A stretch of 64,000 nt of DNA from Eledone cirrhosa (GCA_964016885.1 OZ024753.1:37138001-37202000); one strand, 5' to 3'. Counted from the first letter of the stretch, positions 27,787 to 46,818 are shown. Numbers and translations are program-made. Notes: generated by a model not told the origin, from the letters alone.

Positions 27787-28738
27787 TATATATATGATAT
27801 ACACATATGAAGTGCATTTTCAAGAGAGTTACTTCATATACGTGGCAACCAGGGATGTCCCGTAGTTGAAATAATATCTAATAATATCTTTAACGATTTA
27901 AAATAACACACACATGTTATTGCGTAAACTCTGCACAGTGAAAGCGGAAATAATGATTACCGCCTCTAGTTGAAATATTTCACCTATTAATTAGGAATTG
28001 TATATAATATATATATATATATATTAGTTGTTCAGTGTACCCGAAAATCCCACAAATCTCTTAAAATACAGACATGTAAATAAATGCTATGCTCTGTGAA
28101 CATAAACTTATGTTACGGTGGTTACTAAAATAATAGCCACCTAAAGTGCATGAATTAGGTATAAATAGTTTGTAAAAGAATAGCAAAGAAAATATAAATG
28201 TATTTATATTCTGTTTCAGTGAGATTCACTCAAGTGTATAGTCTTCCATATGCACATATATGGTGGCTGCCAACTCGTTTTCGAGTACGGCCACTACTTT
28301 ATATCCATGTAGGAGAACCCCTACCGATGCGCTGAACGAGTGTGACTTTTTAGTCCAGCCAGCGACTTGAAAACTCTGGCACAAACACTACACTTGTGAC
28401 AATTATTGACACATAGTGCTAGGCCCATGGTACCATGTGACGACAAGTGCAGAGAGATCTCCAGATATAAAGCAATGCCTGTGCCGTGAAGCTTTTATAG
28501 TGAGCAAAGGCACTGCACAAAGCCAGTCCCACTCTCTTAACCAAGATGATATTTACCAAAAAGAAGAACAAGTCAACATCATTGGATACCATCAGGGTTG
28601 CAGGTGTTATATCAGAGTTTTCCTTCTCCTAGAATTCTGCCCTGACAAAGGCTAAGGGGTCATCTCTCTACATACATACATACATACATACATACATACA
28701 TACATACATACATACACATGCACTCATATATATGTGAA

Positions 28739-28773
<35 letters not shown>

Positions 28774-28834
28774 GTCTATACACACACTCAAACACACACC
28801 ACACACACATGTATGTATATATATATATATATAT

Positions 28835-29012
28835 ATAACGAAGGAAATGTGCTAAGGAACCAGGTGGACCATAACGTACCAAAGTACTCAATACTTAGGG
28901 TAGTAGAGTGGGTAATAGGACCCCGACGGCTGAGCTCAAGCCGTTTCGACGGCTAATTCTTAGAATTAGCCGTCGAAACGGCTTGAGCTCAGCCGTCGGG
29001 GTCTTACTGGTT

Positions 29013-29016
<4 letters not shown>
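28835..29016 (-). mobile_element. Fold-back element, family A
   Basis: Tail on the left, apex TTCT-T-AGAA, (TA)n flanks. Confidence 0.9.
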
Positions 29017-29054
<38 letters not shown>

Positions 29055-29150
29055 TATACACACACTCAAACACACACCACACACACATATGTATGTATAT
29101 ACATATATGTCTATACATACACTCAAACACACACCACACACACACATATG

Positions 29151-29191
<41 letters not shown>

Positions 29192-29457
29192 AGAGAGAGA
29201 GAGAGATTTACACTTTCATACATGATATCTGATATCTGATATCAGATATTTATATGATATTTTTAACATCGGTTGGGTCCGACGGGGCCTTACTATAGTA
29301 AGGGTGATATGGCCTCTTAAATATTCAATTAAGGTTCAATTCAGCTGTGAACCATTCACACACACACACACACACACATACATATGTATATGTGTATATG
29401 TAAATATACATATACGCACACACACACATATATATAAAAATAGTGCGGATGAAAGAC

Positions 29458-29495
<38 letters not shown>

Positions 29496-29499
<4 letters not shown>

Positions 29500-29687
29500 C
29501 GAAGGAAATGTGGTAAGGAACCAGGTGGACCATAACGCACCAAAGTACTCAATACTTAGGTTAGTACTTGTTCCTATATATATATATATATATATATAAA
29601 ACAAAGGAATTGTGGTAAGGAACCAAATGGGCCATAACGCACCAGAGTACTCAATACTTAAGTTAGTAGAGCGGGGTGATACTTTTT

Positions 29688-29692
<5 letters not shown>
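29496..29692 (-). mobile_element. Two collapsed family A copies (29496-29576, 29597-29692)
   Basis: The tail is joined directly to the last 13-21 nt of the short arm (...TTCCTAT); the hairpin body is missing. Confidence 0.8.
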
Positions 29693-29745
<53 letters not shown>

Positions 29746-30243
29746 CGCACACACAAACACACTCACTTAGACCCAGATACACACATTTAGTTACAAAGAC
29801 ATACACAGTGAAAATAAATAAATAAATAAATAAATAAAACACAGGTTTTGAGGTGTGAAAAGATGGATGTAAGATAAGAGTTGTCATTTATAATCAAGAG
29901 GTGGTGTGGGGGAGGGGGGTTGTATGTATGTGAGTGTGTGCATGTTATTATGCCTGTTTGTGTGTTTGTATATATATATATGTGTGTGTGTGTGTGGGGG
30001 GGGGTGTTATAATGCCTGTTTGTGTGTTTGTATATATATATATATGTGTGTGTGTGTGTGGGTGGTGGTGTTATAATGCCTGTTTGTGTGTTTGTATATA
30101 TATATATATATGTGTGTATGTGGGGGGTGGGTGTTATAATGCCTGTTTGTGTATTTGTATATATATATATGTCTGTGTGTGTATGTGTGTGTGTGTTTGT
30201 GTGTCTTTGTGTACTCGTGTGTGCGAGATAGATAGATAGAAAG

Positions 30244-30278
<35 letters not shown>

Positions 30279-30761
30279 AAGAGGGAGAGAGAGAGAGAAC
30301 ATCTTCTGTATCACCGACATGATGATGATGATGATGATGTTGTTGATCATCATCATCATTATCATCATCATCACGATCCTCATTATCATTATCATCGCCA
30401 CTAGCGCAATATCATCATCATTATTATCACATTTATCATAATCAACTTCATCATCAAAATTCTTTTACTCCTTCTCCACCCCACCCACCCTCCATTTCCT
30501 TCACCCATATCGTGCTGTGCCTCCTCCTCCTCCTCTTTGTCCATCTACCCCTTCCTGTTCAGTATATCATCACCAACACCAATGGCGTTATTGTCGCCAT
30601 CTTGAACAGTAGTAGCAGTCCTATCTTAAATAAAATCTCCATCATTAACATCTTTGCCATCATTCATTACCAACGTTTTTATCACCTTCATCACTAGCAT
30701 TGACAGCTCACTCAGCATCCCCTCCCCCACCACCACCACATAAATATCTATACAGATTATA

Positions 30762-31224
30762 GGGTGAATTGGCAGTATCAGTAGAGAGTCGGACGCCATG
30801 CTTTGCAGCATAGTTACGTCCCTTTACGATCTGAGTTCAAATCCCGCCGAGGTTAACTTTGCCTTTCATCCTTACGGGGTCGATAAAATAAAGTACCAGT
30901 AATTCACTGAAATAATTGCTAGCCTTGTGCCAAAAGTAGAAACAATTATATATATATATATATATATAAGGCGGGTAGAATTCCCGAGATGCAAATACAC
31001 ACACACACGCATATATATATACACACATAGAGAGAAAGAGAGGGAAGATATGCATATGTATATTGAATATGCATATGTATATTGCATTACTGGTACTTTA
31101 TTTTATCGACCCCGTAAGGATGAAAGGCAAAGTTAACCTCGGCGGGATTTGAACTCAGACCGTAAAGGGACGTAACTATACTGGAAAGCATGGCGTCCGA
31201 CCCTCTACCGATACTGCCAATTCA
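30762..31224. mobile_element. Tail-to-tail pair of SINE family 1 copies (30762-30948 plus; 31083-31224 minus)
   Basis: Near-identical inverted copies ~135 bp apart. Confidence 0.9.
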
Positions 31225-31306
31225 TATAATATACACAAATATATGTATGTGTATATATATGTATGTGTATATATATGTATGTGTATATATATGTATGTGT
31301 ATATAC

Positions 31307-31838
<532 letters not shown>

Positions 31839-32407
31839 TCTACTAAAGTATTGAGTACCTTACTTACTCTGGTTACCCCCGATTAAACCTGGTATTCATA
31901 TATATTTATAATCCTTTTTTCTAAAATATTTCTCATATTTTTAAGATAAAATACGAAGTCACTGTTCAATGTCTCTAACATGCCAGAGGGTATTGAAGGT
32001 TTTATATTTTTACTGTCAGTAAATAAAACGAAGACATTTCAGTAAGCGTCACCGCTTGGGTTTGATTGTCCTTTGTGCATTTTTCTCATTTCCACATATA
32101 CATATTTATATATTTACAGGCACACATTCTCCCCTCTCTCTCTCTATATATATAGAACTCGACTGCGTTCAGACTTGCCAGATTTAAATGGTGTTCCTAC
32201 AATGCAATCTGGACACAATCTTAACACAAACTATGAGTTAATGCCATGTATTTAAAAGATTAACAAAGAAAAATATAGAGAATGAGAAGGAAAGGTATGG
32301 AAATAGACAGAGAGACAGACTGACAGACAGACAGAAATCAACTGAGTTATGTTCATAACAGTTACGAAGCACTCGACATATAATACTTACTAGTGTATAT
32401 ATATATA

Positions 32408-32483
<76 letters not shown>

Positions 32484-32514
32484 CATTTATACATACGCAC
32501 ACACACACATGCAG

Positions 32515-32545
<31 letters not shown>

Positions 32546-32626
32546 GCGATTATAGTGGAGTATTTCACTATTATCTTTGGTAAAGTGAGAGAAGGTCTAT
32601 GCACAGTTTCATGCGAAACTCCAGAG

Positions 32627-32702
<76 letters not shown>

Positions 32703-33142
32703 GGTGGTGTGTATGTTCACCGTATTGTTTTACTTACATAGAATACAGAGTATCAGATACTCAGATACTCAAAGATTAATAAAACTTAACTACGGAAATA
32801 ATAAGTTTCTAATTTCTTTAAACAAACAGCAGAGGTGCTAGTTACATCAGTTAACATCTTCCAATTCGCTGATTCAGTAACTATAGACTCTACTATACTA
32901 TAGACCTCACTGTCTCAAAGTTAATTCATACGAATGTAAAGGGACAGTTATTAGTCTAACTGGTATGTTGACACTTACCCTGATTGGAAAGACGTTTCAG
33001 TAGGTTGCATACGTCGGAATTTTGTCTTAAACCTATTTTTTTTATCATTGGTGGTTAGGGTTGGGTAGGCGGTAAGATTGTGTTCGGTATGAGAGATGAG
33101 CAGTGTGGAAGGAGGGGAGGTGCATATATATACATATATACA

Positions 33143-33217
<75 letters not shown>

Positions 33218-33259
33218 ATATTTATGTGTATGTGTACATGTATATATATATGTATATAT

Positions 33260-33485
33260 ATAACGAAGGAAATGTGGTAAGGAACCAAGTGGACCATAAC
33301 GCACCAAAGTACTCAATTCTTAGGATAGTAGAGTTGGTAATAGGAACGAGTAGGACCCCGACGGCTGAGCTCAAGCTGTTTCGACGGCTAATTCTGGACT
33401 AAACAAACAGCAGAGGTGCTAGTTACACCAGAATTAGCCGTCGAAACGGCTTGAGCGCAGCCGTCGGGGTCCTACTCGTTCCTAT
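33260..33485 (-). mobile_element. Fold-back element, family A, with a foreign 28-nt apex
   Basis: Arms flank AAACAAACAGCAGAGGTGCTAGTTACA. Confidence 0.9.
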
Positions 33486-33487
33486 GC

Positions 33488-33530
<43 letters not shown>

Positions 33531-33558
33531 CACACACACATAAATATATACATACATA

Positions 33559-33592
<34 letters not shown>

Positions 33593-33593
<1 letters not shown>

Positions 33594-34000
33594 GTAGGAG
33601 GCGAGTTTTATTGTAGTACAATAAAGCAATGCAGATATCGGATAAGAAGCACTCTACAGTTTGTAGGACTGGAGTATACATAATATAAGATCAAAAGATG
33701 GTTAAAAGAGTTCCATGTATTTTATTATGCGCATTTCAAAAACAAACATCATCATGCAATAATATTTGTGTTTTCATCAGATAAAACAGGAGAACATGAT
33801 ATGAAGGCTAAAAAACACTTGTGGATACATACTGCACTATCCACAAACTGCACTATCCACAAGTGTTTTTTAGCCTTCATATCATGTTCTCCTGTTTTAT
33901 CTGATGAAAACACAAATATTATTGCATGATGATGTTTGTTTTTGAAATGCGCATAATAAAATACATGGAACTCCTTTAACCATCTTTTGATCTTATATTA
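33593..34000 (-). mobile_element. Fold-back element, family B (hammerheads ~33719-33787 minus, 33894-33962 plus)
   Basis: Tail on the left; apex contains a duplicated ACTGCACTATCCACAA. Confidence 0.92.
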
Positions 34001-34237
34001 TATATATATATATACATGTACGCACGCATAAATATATACATACATATATATATGTGTGTGTATATATATATATAATGTACATATACATATGTACAATAGC
34101 TTCTTTATTTCACCACATCTCTAATTTCATCCTCTTCTCCAACCCCTCTTTCCCCGCCATTCGCTCTCTCCTACACATGCGCACCTCCATAGATATATGT
34201 ACACACAGTCAAGGTTATAATGACGACGGTGGCGATA

Positions 34238-34269
<32 letters not shown>

Positions 34270-34466
34270 GGTGATGATGATGGTGATGATGAAACGCAGG
34301 AATGGTTATGTGGTCAAGAAGTCTTATCGAACCTCCGTGTGTTCTGCAGACAAGCGTTCAGGGTGTTTGATTAATGGAACAACCAGGTCATGAAATTAAT
34401 GTGCAAGTGGCTGAGCAGTCTACAAACACGTAGATCCGTAACGCAATACACACACGCATATAAATA

Positions 34467-34505
<39 letters not shown>

Positions 34506-34510
<5 letters not shown>

Positions 34511-34770
34511 AACCAGTAAGACCCCGACAGCTGAGCTCAAGCCGTTTCGACGGCTAATTCTGGACTAAATGAAAATTTATCCTGATATTTAAATAGCCCT
34601 AGGCTATTTAAATATCAGGATAAATTTTCATTTAGTCCAGAATTAGCCGTCGAAATGGCTTGAGCTCAGCTGTCGGGGTCTTACTGGTTCCTATTACCCA
34701 CTCTACTACCTCAAGTATTGAGTACTTTGGTGCGTTATGGTCCACCTGGTTCCTTACCACATTTCCTTCG

Positions 34771-34773
<3 letters not shown>
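34506..34773 (+). mobile_element. Fold-back element, family A, longest arms (duplicated at 36377-36644)
   Basis: ~93-bp arms, apex AAATAGCC-CTA-GGCTATTT. Confidence 0.9.
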
Positions 34774-34817
<44 letters not shown>

Positions 34818-34869
34818 TTTATGTATCTATGAATGTATATAGCAATACAAACACACACAACCATATATT

Positions 34870-38945
<4,076 letters not shown>

Positions 38946-39316
38946 ACACACACACATAAACTCTATGACCCAACAGTTCAGAAGGTAACGTGGTATCTTA
39001 GATAAACATGGCTGTATAATATCTTATCAAAACGTAATCATAGACCTACTGACTATGTATTGTTAGTATAAAATAAAGATCAAATAGATGAAGATAACCG
39101 CTAGATTATTATAATTAGTAGTAGTATATAGTATTTTCATTAATATTTTTATTTATTATAATAATAATAAAAACAATAATAATGCAAATTATCTTATCTT
39201 AGTTCTTATCTGGTGTACGTAAGAAAAATAAGAAAAATCAAACATTTACTGACTCAACTAGTGTTTTGATTAATTTAAGCAGAACAAGTCGAGATAGTTT
39301 AAAAATTGAAAATAAG

Positions 39317-39354
<38 letters not shown>

Positions 39355-39740
39355 GAAGACGACGAAAAAGAAGGAAATATAAGTTAAAGAAGAAGAGGAT
39401 GGTGATGCCGATGCTGATGACGATGATTGATTAGAAGATGATGTAGAAATTGAAGAAGATGATGATGATGGAAAAGAAGAAATTGAAGAAGAAAGAGAAG
39501 AAGAAGAAGAAAGACAACAATAAACAATAATAATAATGATTCTTTATTGACTACGTTGGCCCCACACGTGGTTATAAAAATAGTTATTTTTCTGTTTTCT
39601 TGCTAAGCATATTAGTTTCACATAATAATAAGCACAATAATAAGTTTATTATTAACCACAAGCGTTTATATAAAGATCAACAAAGGCACGGGAGGACACA
39701 CTGTGAGGAGACAGAAAAACGAAAAAATAAAGGGGGGAAT

Positions 39741-39938
39741 AATGGTTTCTACTAGAGACTCAAGGCCAACTATCTTGGGGGAGGGGAAAGTCGATTAAAT
39801 TGACCCCAGTGCGTCACTGGTACTTTATTTTATCGGCTTCGTAAGGATAAAAGGCAAAGCTAACTTCGGTGGGATATGAACTCAGAACGTAAAGGGAGGT
39901 AACATGTCGTAAAACATGTTGTCCGACACTCTACCGAT
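39741..39938 (-). mobile_element. SINE family 1, long variant
   Basis: Diverged reverse-complement copy. Confidence 0.8.
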
Positions 39939-41166
39939 TATACTGGAAGTCCTCTAGCCTGCAAGTGTTGGCGTCCTCAAATCTTTGCGGGCTATTTCTC
40001 CCTCAGAACGCGTAGGGATATATCCTCTTCTCCTGGCGCTGATTGGCTGAGCTGAGCCAAATCACGCACAGAGAATGTATGTGAGCCCGCGGAATGTAGG
40101 TCACTACAATTCCAATCCAAAGGGGGAAATACTGAAATAAAAAACAAATGGGTAATGATAAAATGAAACAAGATAAATTCCCCAATAGAGAGGACGGGAG
40201 ACTTCCTAAGACCACTCATGGAAAATCCCACCCATACGTACATATATTTATATTATTTCCATGAGCCAACTTCGAGAAAATTCTCAACTCATCTGGAAGT
40301 GATGAATTAACTCCTCTGGATCAGCTAAAATCTCCAGCCTAGCACCTTACTTATTTGCCAGGCTATTTTTTTTCCACATATTTCCGTTAGACGGAATTTA
40401 TAATTTAATAATCCCTTCCACACCTCCGTTAGAGATATCAGCTGAGTTTCACCAACGGTGAGTTAATCTAGATAACAATAGTATTACAATACATCAATTG
40501 TAATTTTAACAGCATGATACAAAATCTCATTAAACGCTAAACTAATCAGCAAAACGCTTTCCATATCTAAGGGGTTTAGAATTTCTAACAGTGATCCCTG
40601 TAATTGTAAACAAGGAAACTAAATCTCGCTATAGTTTTTGACAACAAGACATATACTGTAGACTAGTGTGGCCATTTCTAGGAAAGATTTCAATAAATCT
40701 GACATTTATACAAAAACTTCAACTCTATGTTTATTGTTATATCTAAACTAACGCCATAACATTCTTGTTACTTATCATGATGAAAATACTATCAAATACA
40801 ATTGCCAATTCTCTCATTTTTACCCACTTACATGCATTAATATATATCACAAATATATATATCATACATATATATCATAAATATAAATCACAAATATATA
40901 TCACAAATATAGATCATAAATATATATCACAAATATATATATCATACATATATATCATAAATATAAATCACAAATATATATCACAAATAAAGATCATAAA
41001 TATATATCACAAATATATATATCATACATATATATCATAAATATAAATCACAAATATATATCACAAATATAGATCATAAATATATATCACAAATATATAC
41101 CATAAATATATATATCATAAATGATGTGTGTGTGTGGATGGGTGAGTGAATTTACCTAAACACTAA

Positions 41167-41197
<31 letters not shown>

Positions 41198-41198
<1 letters not shown>

Positions 41199-41403
41199 TA
41201 TAGTACAGAAAGGCTTCTACAGGACTAGAACTGTTTCATTCGGTAGAAATCATCAGAAATCCTGATAATTTTTCACAAATGAAACAGTTCTGTAGAAGTC
41301 CTGTAGAAGTCCTGTAGAAGCCTTTCTATATTAAATATTTATACTCTGCTTTGTATTGAGTACCTTACTTACTGTGGTTACTCCCGATTGAACCCGGGAT
41401 AAA

Positions 41404-41407
<4 letters not shown>
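41198..41407 (+). mobile_element. Fold-back PLE-like element, family E (isolated tail relics at ~31836-31899 and ~38009-38050)
   Basis: Arms AGAAAGGCTTCTACAGGACT / AGTCCTGTAGAAGCCTTTCT. The minus arm reads CUGAUGA-UUUC(UACC)GAAU-GAAAC-AGUUCUA-GUC; tail has GTATTGAGTACC. Confidence 0.78.
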
Positions 41408-41455
<48 letters not shown>

Positions 41456-41541
41456 TATTTGCTCTAGGGTTCTTATATATTTGTTATATATTTTTCCTGA
41501 TCGAACCGTCTTTGGATTTTAGTCTTCAAATTTATTATTAT

Positions 41542-41602
<61 letters not shown>

Positions 41603-41607
<5 letters not shown>

Positions 41608-41750
41608 AGAGATTGCTGAATCTTGAAACAGCTGTGTGGCATTCTCAACGCCTACTGAGGTATCTGTGACATGTTCATTGAGTAAAAGTGAGACCAGTAA
41701 TGTTTCATAACGAAAGCAATTATTTTTTCTTTGATAACGAGACACTCATA
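41603..41750 (+). mobile_element. Truncated PLE-like end with decayed hammerhead
   Basis: (TA)n-TGATGA-GAGATT(GCTG)AATCTT-GAAA-CAGCTG-TG; palindromic ACAGCUGU stem III, cleavage triplet is GUG; TTGAGTA downstream. Confidence 0.65.
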
Positions 41751-41771
41751 TACTTATTGTATGTGTGTATA

Positions 41772-41854
<83 letters not shown>

Positions 41855-41972
41855 TTATATATAAATATATATACATGTACGTATATGTGTATATATATAT
41901 ATATGCATGTATGTATTTATGAATGTATATATATATATATGTGTGTGACTCTGTATGTATGTGTATATATAT

Positions 41973-42170
41973 ATAACAAAGGAAATGTGGTAAGGAACCA
42001 GATGGACCATAACGCACCAGAGTACTCAATACTTAGGGTAGTAGAGTGGGAAATAGGAAAAAGTATGACCCCGACGGGAGAGCTCAAGCCGTTTCGACGG
42101 CTATTTCTGAAGTCAGAAATAGCCGTCGAAACGGCTTGAGCTCTGCCGTCGGGGTCATACTTTTTCCTAT
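41973..42170 (-). mobile_element. Fold-back element, family A
   Basis: Apex TTTCTGA-AG-TCAGAAA. Confidence 0.9.
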
Positions 42171-42231
42171 ATATATATATATATATGCACAAATATTTTT
42201 TGCTGACAGGATAAAACATACTCATGCATAC

Positions 42232-42262
<31 letters not shown>

Positions 42263-42469
42263 CATACATGCAGCATATACACAAAGAATTATATATAGGG
42301 ACGTTAGAGGATGTCAAGGTATCTATTTCTTATCTACAGATATTACATACAGGAAAATAGGTGTCTGACAATTACAGAACGTTCTCGAGTTATTTATAAT
42401 GTAAACTAATACTACATTAATATAACGTACGCACTCCAGGTATGTATGTAAGAATGTATAGATACATAT

Positions 42470-42885
42470 GTACGTACGTACAGATATACATACATACGTA
42501 GATACGTACAGATATACATACATACGTAGATACGTACAGATATACATACATACGTAGATACGTACAGATATACATACATACGTAGATACGTACAGATATA
42601 CATACATACGTACATACGTACAGATATACATACATACGTACATACGTACAGATATACATACATACGTAGATACGTACAGATATACATACATTCGTAGATA
42701 CGTACAGATATACATACATACGTAGATACGTACAGATATACATACATTCGTAGATACGTACAGGTATACATACATACGTAGATACGTACAGATATACATA
42801 CATTCGTACATACGTACAGATATACATACATACGTAGATACGTACATATATACATACATACGTACAGATATACATACATACGTAC
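42470..42885. repeat. 28-bp minisatellite (CAGATATACATACATACGTAGATACGTA)n
   Basis: Direct tandem repetition, ~14 copies. Confidence 0.95.
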
Positions 42886-42911
42886 GTACATACATATATA
42901 AGTATACACAT

Positions 42912-43092
42912 ATTGTTTCTACTTTTGGCACAAGGCCAGCAGTTAACCAGTGTATTACTGGTACTTTATTTTATCGACCCCATAAGGATGAAAGGCAAAG
43001 TTAACCTCGGCGGGATTTGAACTCAGACCGTAAAGAGATGTAACTCTATGCTACAAAGCATGGTGTCCGACTCTCTACCGATACTGCCAATC

Positions 43093-43095
<3 letters not shown>
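42912..43095 (-). mobile_element. SINE family 1
   Basis: Full-length reverse-complement copy. Confidence 0.9.
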
Positions 43096-43132
<37 letters not shown>

Positions 43133-43310
43133 GTTAAGTATTTCCGTGGAAAAGGTAAAGGAATGAAGAGTGCTCTATGTATTGTACAGAGCTATTTAAT
43201 TATATAAGAAACAACACAATATAATTATTCCATTGCCCAAAAGTTTACGAAGTTAGACGATTCTAACAGAAGCGTCTGGATTCACCAGAAGGAATCTTTA
43301 TTTGGATATA

Positions 43311-43377
<67 letters not shown>

Positions 43378-43994
43378 GATCGAAACTACCAAAGTCCATC
43401 TCAACAGCTGAAGGTGCTGGAGTTCTATGTTTTTCGTTCGTATTTTTATTTTCAAAAAATTATAATCGTTGTCTTGTCTTCTCTTTGTTAATTTTCCTAA
43501 GTTTCTTATATATATATATGTATAATTTAATACATTAACAGAGAAAGCCTTAAGCGATACTCTGACCAACTCCATCTCGCTCAACAAACATTAGGATATA
43601 CCTAAGTATTCTCCCAATTTAGTGTTTGGGGTGCTAACTAATCAGTATTCTGTGGATAGCTGGTTGTATTATTTTATATGAGACATAATTAAATAAATAA
43701 ATATCTCTTTCCTTCCAGACGATCGTTTCGTTATAGGATTTCTACAATTTGGGATAAATAATGTCCAGGTTATGTAGAATTGTATATAATCCATAGGTTC
43801 ATACACAAGAGGGCCCTTATAAACTCATCAGTGGGTGCCCATTTAATATCGACATTAATAAATTAGTGATGGTCTCCGTCAGTTCTTAAAAGACTGCTAG
43901 ATTCGAAAAGTCAGCAGTCCCCCCACCCCCAAGATAAAAAAAACACACTGTACCCAAAAGGGAAAGGGGAGGTCATCGTAAAATATAAAATAAT

Positions 43995-44122
43995 TGTTTC
44001 TACTTTAGGCACAAGGCCAGAAAATACCCAGTTCATTACTGGTACTTTATTTTATCGACCCCGTAAGGATGAAAGGCAAAGTCAACCTCGGCGGGATTTG
44101 AACTCAGATCGTAAAGGGACGT
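43995..44122 (-). mobile_element. 5'-truncated SINE family 1 with 17-bp TSD
   Basis: GTAAAATATAAAATAAT at 43978-43994 and 44123-44139. Confidence 0.9.
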
Positions 44123-44295
44123 GTAAAATATAAAATAATATACACGCTGGTCATTTAAACCTGTTAGGTATTCTAACCACGTGTTTAAGAACTCAATTGG
44201 ATATTAAAAGAACAAATATATGTATGCACGATCAATGCACACATAGAGATATTAAAATATAATAAATATATGTAGGCACCATCTATACACACACA

Positions 44296-44334
<39 letters not shown>

Positions 44335-44338
<4 letters not shown>

Positions 44339-44512
44339 CAAAGAAAGTGTGGTAAGAAACCAGGTGGACCATAACGCACCAGAGTACTCGATACTTAGGG
44401 TAGTAGAGTGCGTAATAGGAAAAGAGTCAGGACCTCGACGGCTGAGCTCCAGCCGTTCGGATCTAGGTGCCGAAACGGCCAGAGCTCGGCCGTCGGGTTC
44501 CTGACTCTTTTA
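44335..44512 (-). mobile_element. Fold-back element, divergent family A subfamily
   Basis: Same tail; arms AAAAGAGTCAGGA.C.CGACGGC / GCCGTCG.G.TCCTGACTCTTTT. Confidence 0.85.
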
Positions 44513-44685
44513 TTATATATATATATATATATAGTGGCTAATGGTCAACTTCCTTCGGACAGGCCGGTGGGGGTGAATTGGTACTCACAAGGGAGCGGAT
44601 GAAAAACCCCAAAACACGCAATTCATCAGTTCCCATGTCGATCCAATTTGGATTGCCTCGGAAACATAACCTTATTATGTAACAA

Positions 44686-44759
44686 GCTGTCTGATGATGA
44701 CACGACACTCGCACACAGAACAGTGTGGCCAGTGTCGTCACTGAAATATATATCACAGC
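44686..44759 (+). ncRNA. Type I hammerhead ribozyme (family G)
   Basis: GCUGU-CUGAUGA-[stem II with ACGACACU/AGUGUCGU and CACAC/GUGUG]-GAAA-UAUAUA-UC^ACAGC. Confidence 0.85.
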
Positions 44760-45258
44760 ATTATTATTAAAGGACTTGAACATCTGAAACTACTTCGCTT
44801 TTCCTTATTCGATATTTACTCCGTCAACGGAGTAAATATGACAATAGTTCCATATGACTGATTTTCACAAAAGGCATTCCTGGTCAGATATATATTCAAT
44901 TAAGGTTAATAGTATGAAATAGATACTACAGGTCATTCTTAAATTGAGGAATTTATGTGGAGTGGTGCTACTGAAATTTATGGTTGGAGTAGAAAATTTA
45001 CAAATAAAAAGACTTATGTAGGTTGGCTTGCACTACACTCACACCTCCATAGAAACACACACACATCCACACATACAAATTGTGGGGTGGTATTACTTAA
45101 TATAATGGTTAGAGTCCAATACTGAGAATCAAGACTATTCCTGCTGACAACATATATAAATGTGTATATATGTATATATATATATATATAAATGTGTATA
45201 TATGTATATATATATATATAAATGTGTATATATGTATTTATATATATATATATATATG

Positions 45259-45296
<38 letters not shown>

Positions 45297-45308
45297 TACA
45301 AATATGTA

Positions 45309-45340
<32 letters not shown>

Positions 45341-45528
45341 AATATGTATGTATAAGAATATGTATATATACATATATATATTTGTATATGAATATGTATA
45401 CATATAATGTATATACACACACACATATGTATATATATAATGTATATACATACATATAAATATATATCCAATACTGAGTCCAATACTGAGAATCAAGAAT
45501 ATTCCTGCTGACAACATATATAAATGTG

Positions 45529-45579
<51 letters not shown>

Positions 45580-45586
45580 ATGTGTA

Positions 45587-45622
<36 letters not shown>

Positions 45623-46274
45623 AATGTGTATATATGTATATATGTATATATATAATATTAAGGATACTATTTATGGTTATGTATATACTAAAACCTTTTA
45701 TAGTTATATATATATATTATACCCTAAATAGTGAAAGACAGTAATTTATTACTATCTTATTACCAGTAAGATAAATAGCTCAATGTAACAACATCAGTTG
45801 TTTTACAGAGCAGTTATATAGAGATATATATACATGTCTTTCTATATGTCTCTTGTGTTGAAAAGGAGGTCAAGTATGTTAAAAATCACTGAATAATTGC
45901 TCCGAAGACTCCAAACCTTGGTTTGGAAGAAACAATTGTAAGAAGATAAATGATTTAAACAGAACTTTGTTTCATGTAATCTCTCTCTCTCTATATATAT
46001 ATACATATAAATGTGTATATATGTATATATATATATGTATATAAGTATATATATGTATATATATATATACATATTAATGTGTATATATGTATATATATAT
46101 AAGTATATGTATATATATACATTTAGATTTGTATATATGTATATATATATATGTATACATATAAATATATATATATGTATATGTATATATATATATATGT
46201 ATACATATATATATACATATATACACACATTTATATATATATATGTATACATATATATATACATATATACACAC

Positions 46275-46316
<42 letters not shown>

Positions 46317-46554
46317 GTGTATATATGTATATATATATGCATATAAATGTGTATATATATATATATATTACATATGTGAATATATGTATATACATGTATA
46401 TATATTTACATATAAATGGTTAGATATACTTATGTGAATATATGTATATATATGTATATATATATACATATGTATATATACATATACATATAAATGCGTA
46501 TATATGTCTATAAATGTGTGTATATATATATATGTATATAAATGTGTATATATT

Positions 46555-46594
<40 letters not shown>

Positions 46595-46818
46595 TGTATG
46601 TATATATATGTATATATACATATATATATTTGTATATGAATATGTATACATATAATGTATATACACACACATGTATATATATAATGTATATACATACATA
46701 TAAATATATATCCAATACTGAGTCCAATACTGAGAATCAAGAATATTCCTGCTGACAATATATATAAATGTGTATATATGTATATGTATATAGATATATA
46801 TATATACATATAAATGTG

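Noticed and set aside
34047-34374. Asp-rich ORF (DDDDG) duplicated at 35948
   Set aside because: (GAT)n trinucleotide repeat plus SINE debris in a probable assembly duplicate.
39960-40110. CpG-rich patch with a CCAAT box (CTGATTGGCTG)
   Set aside because: No linked exon or element boundaries visible; insufficient to call a promoter.
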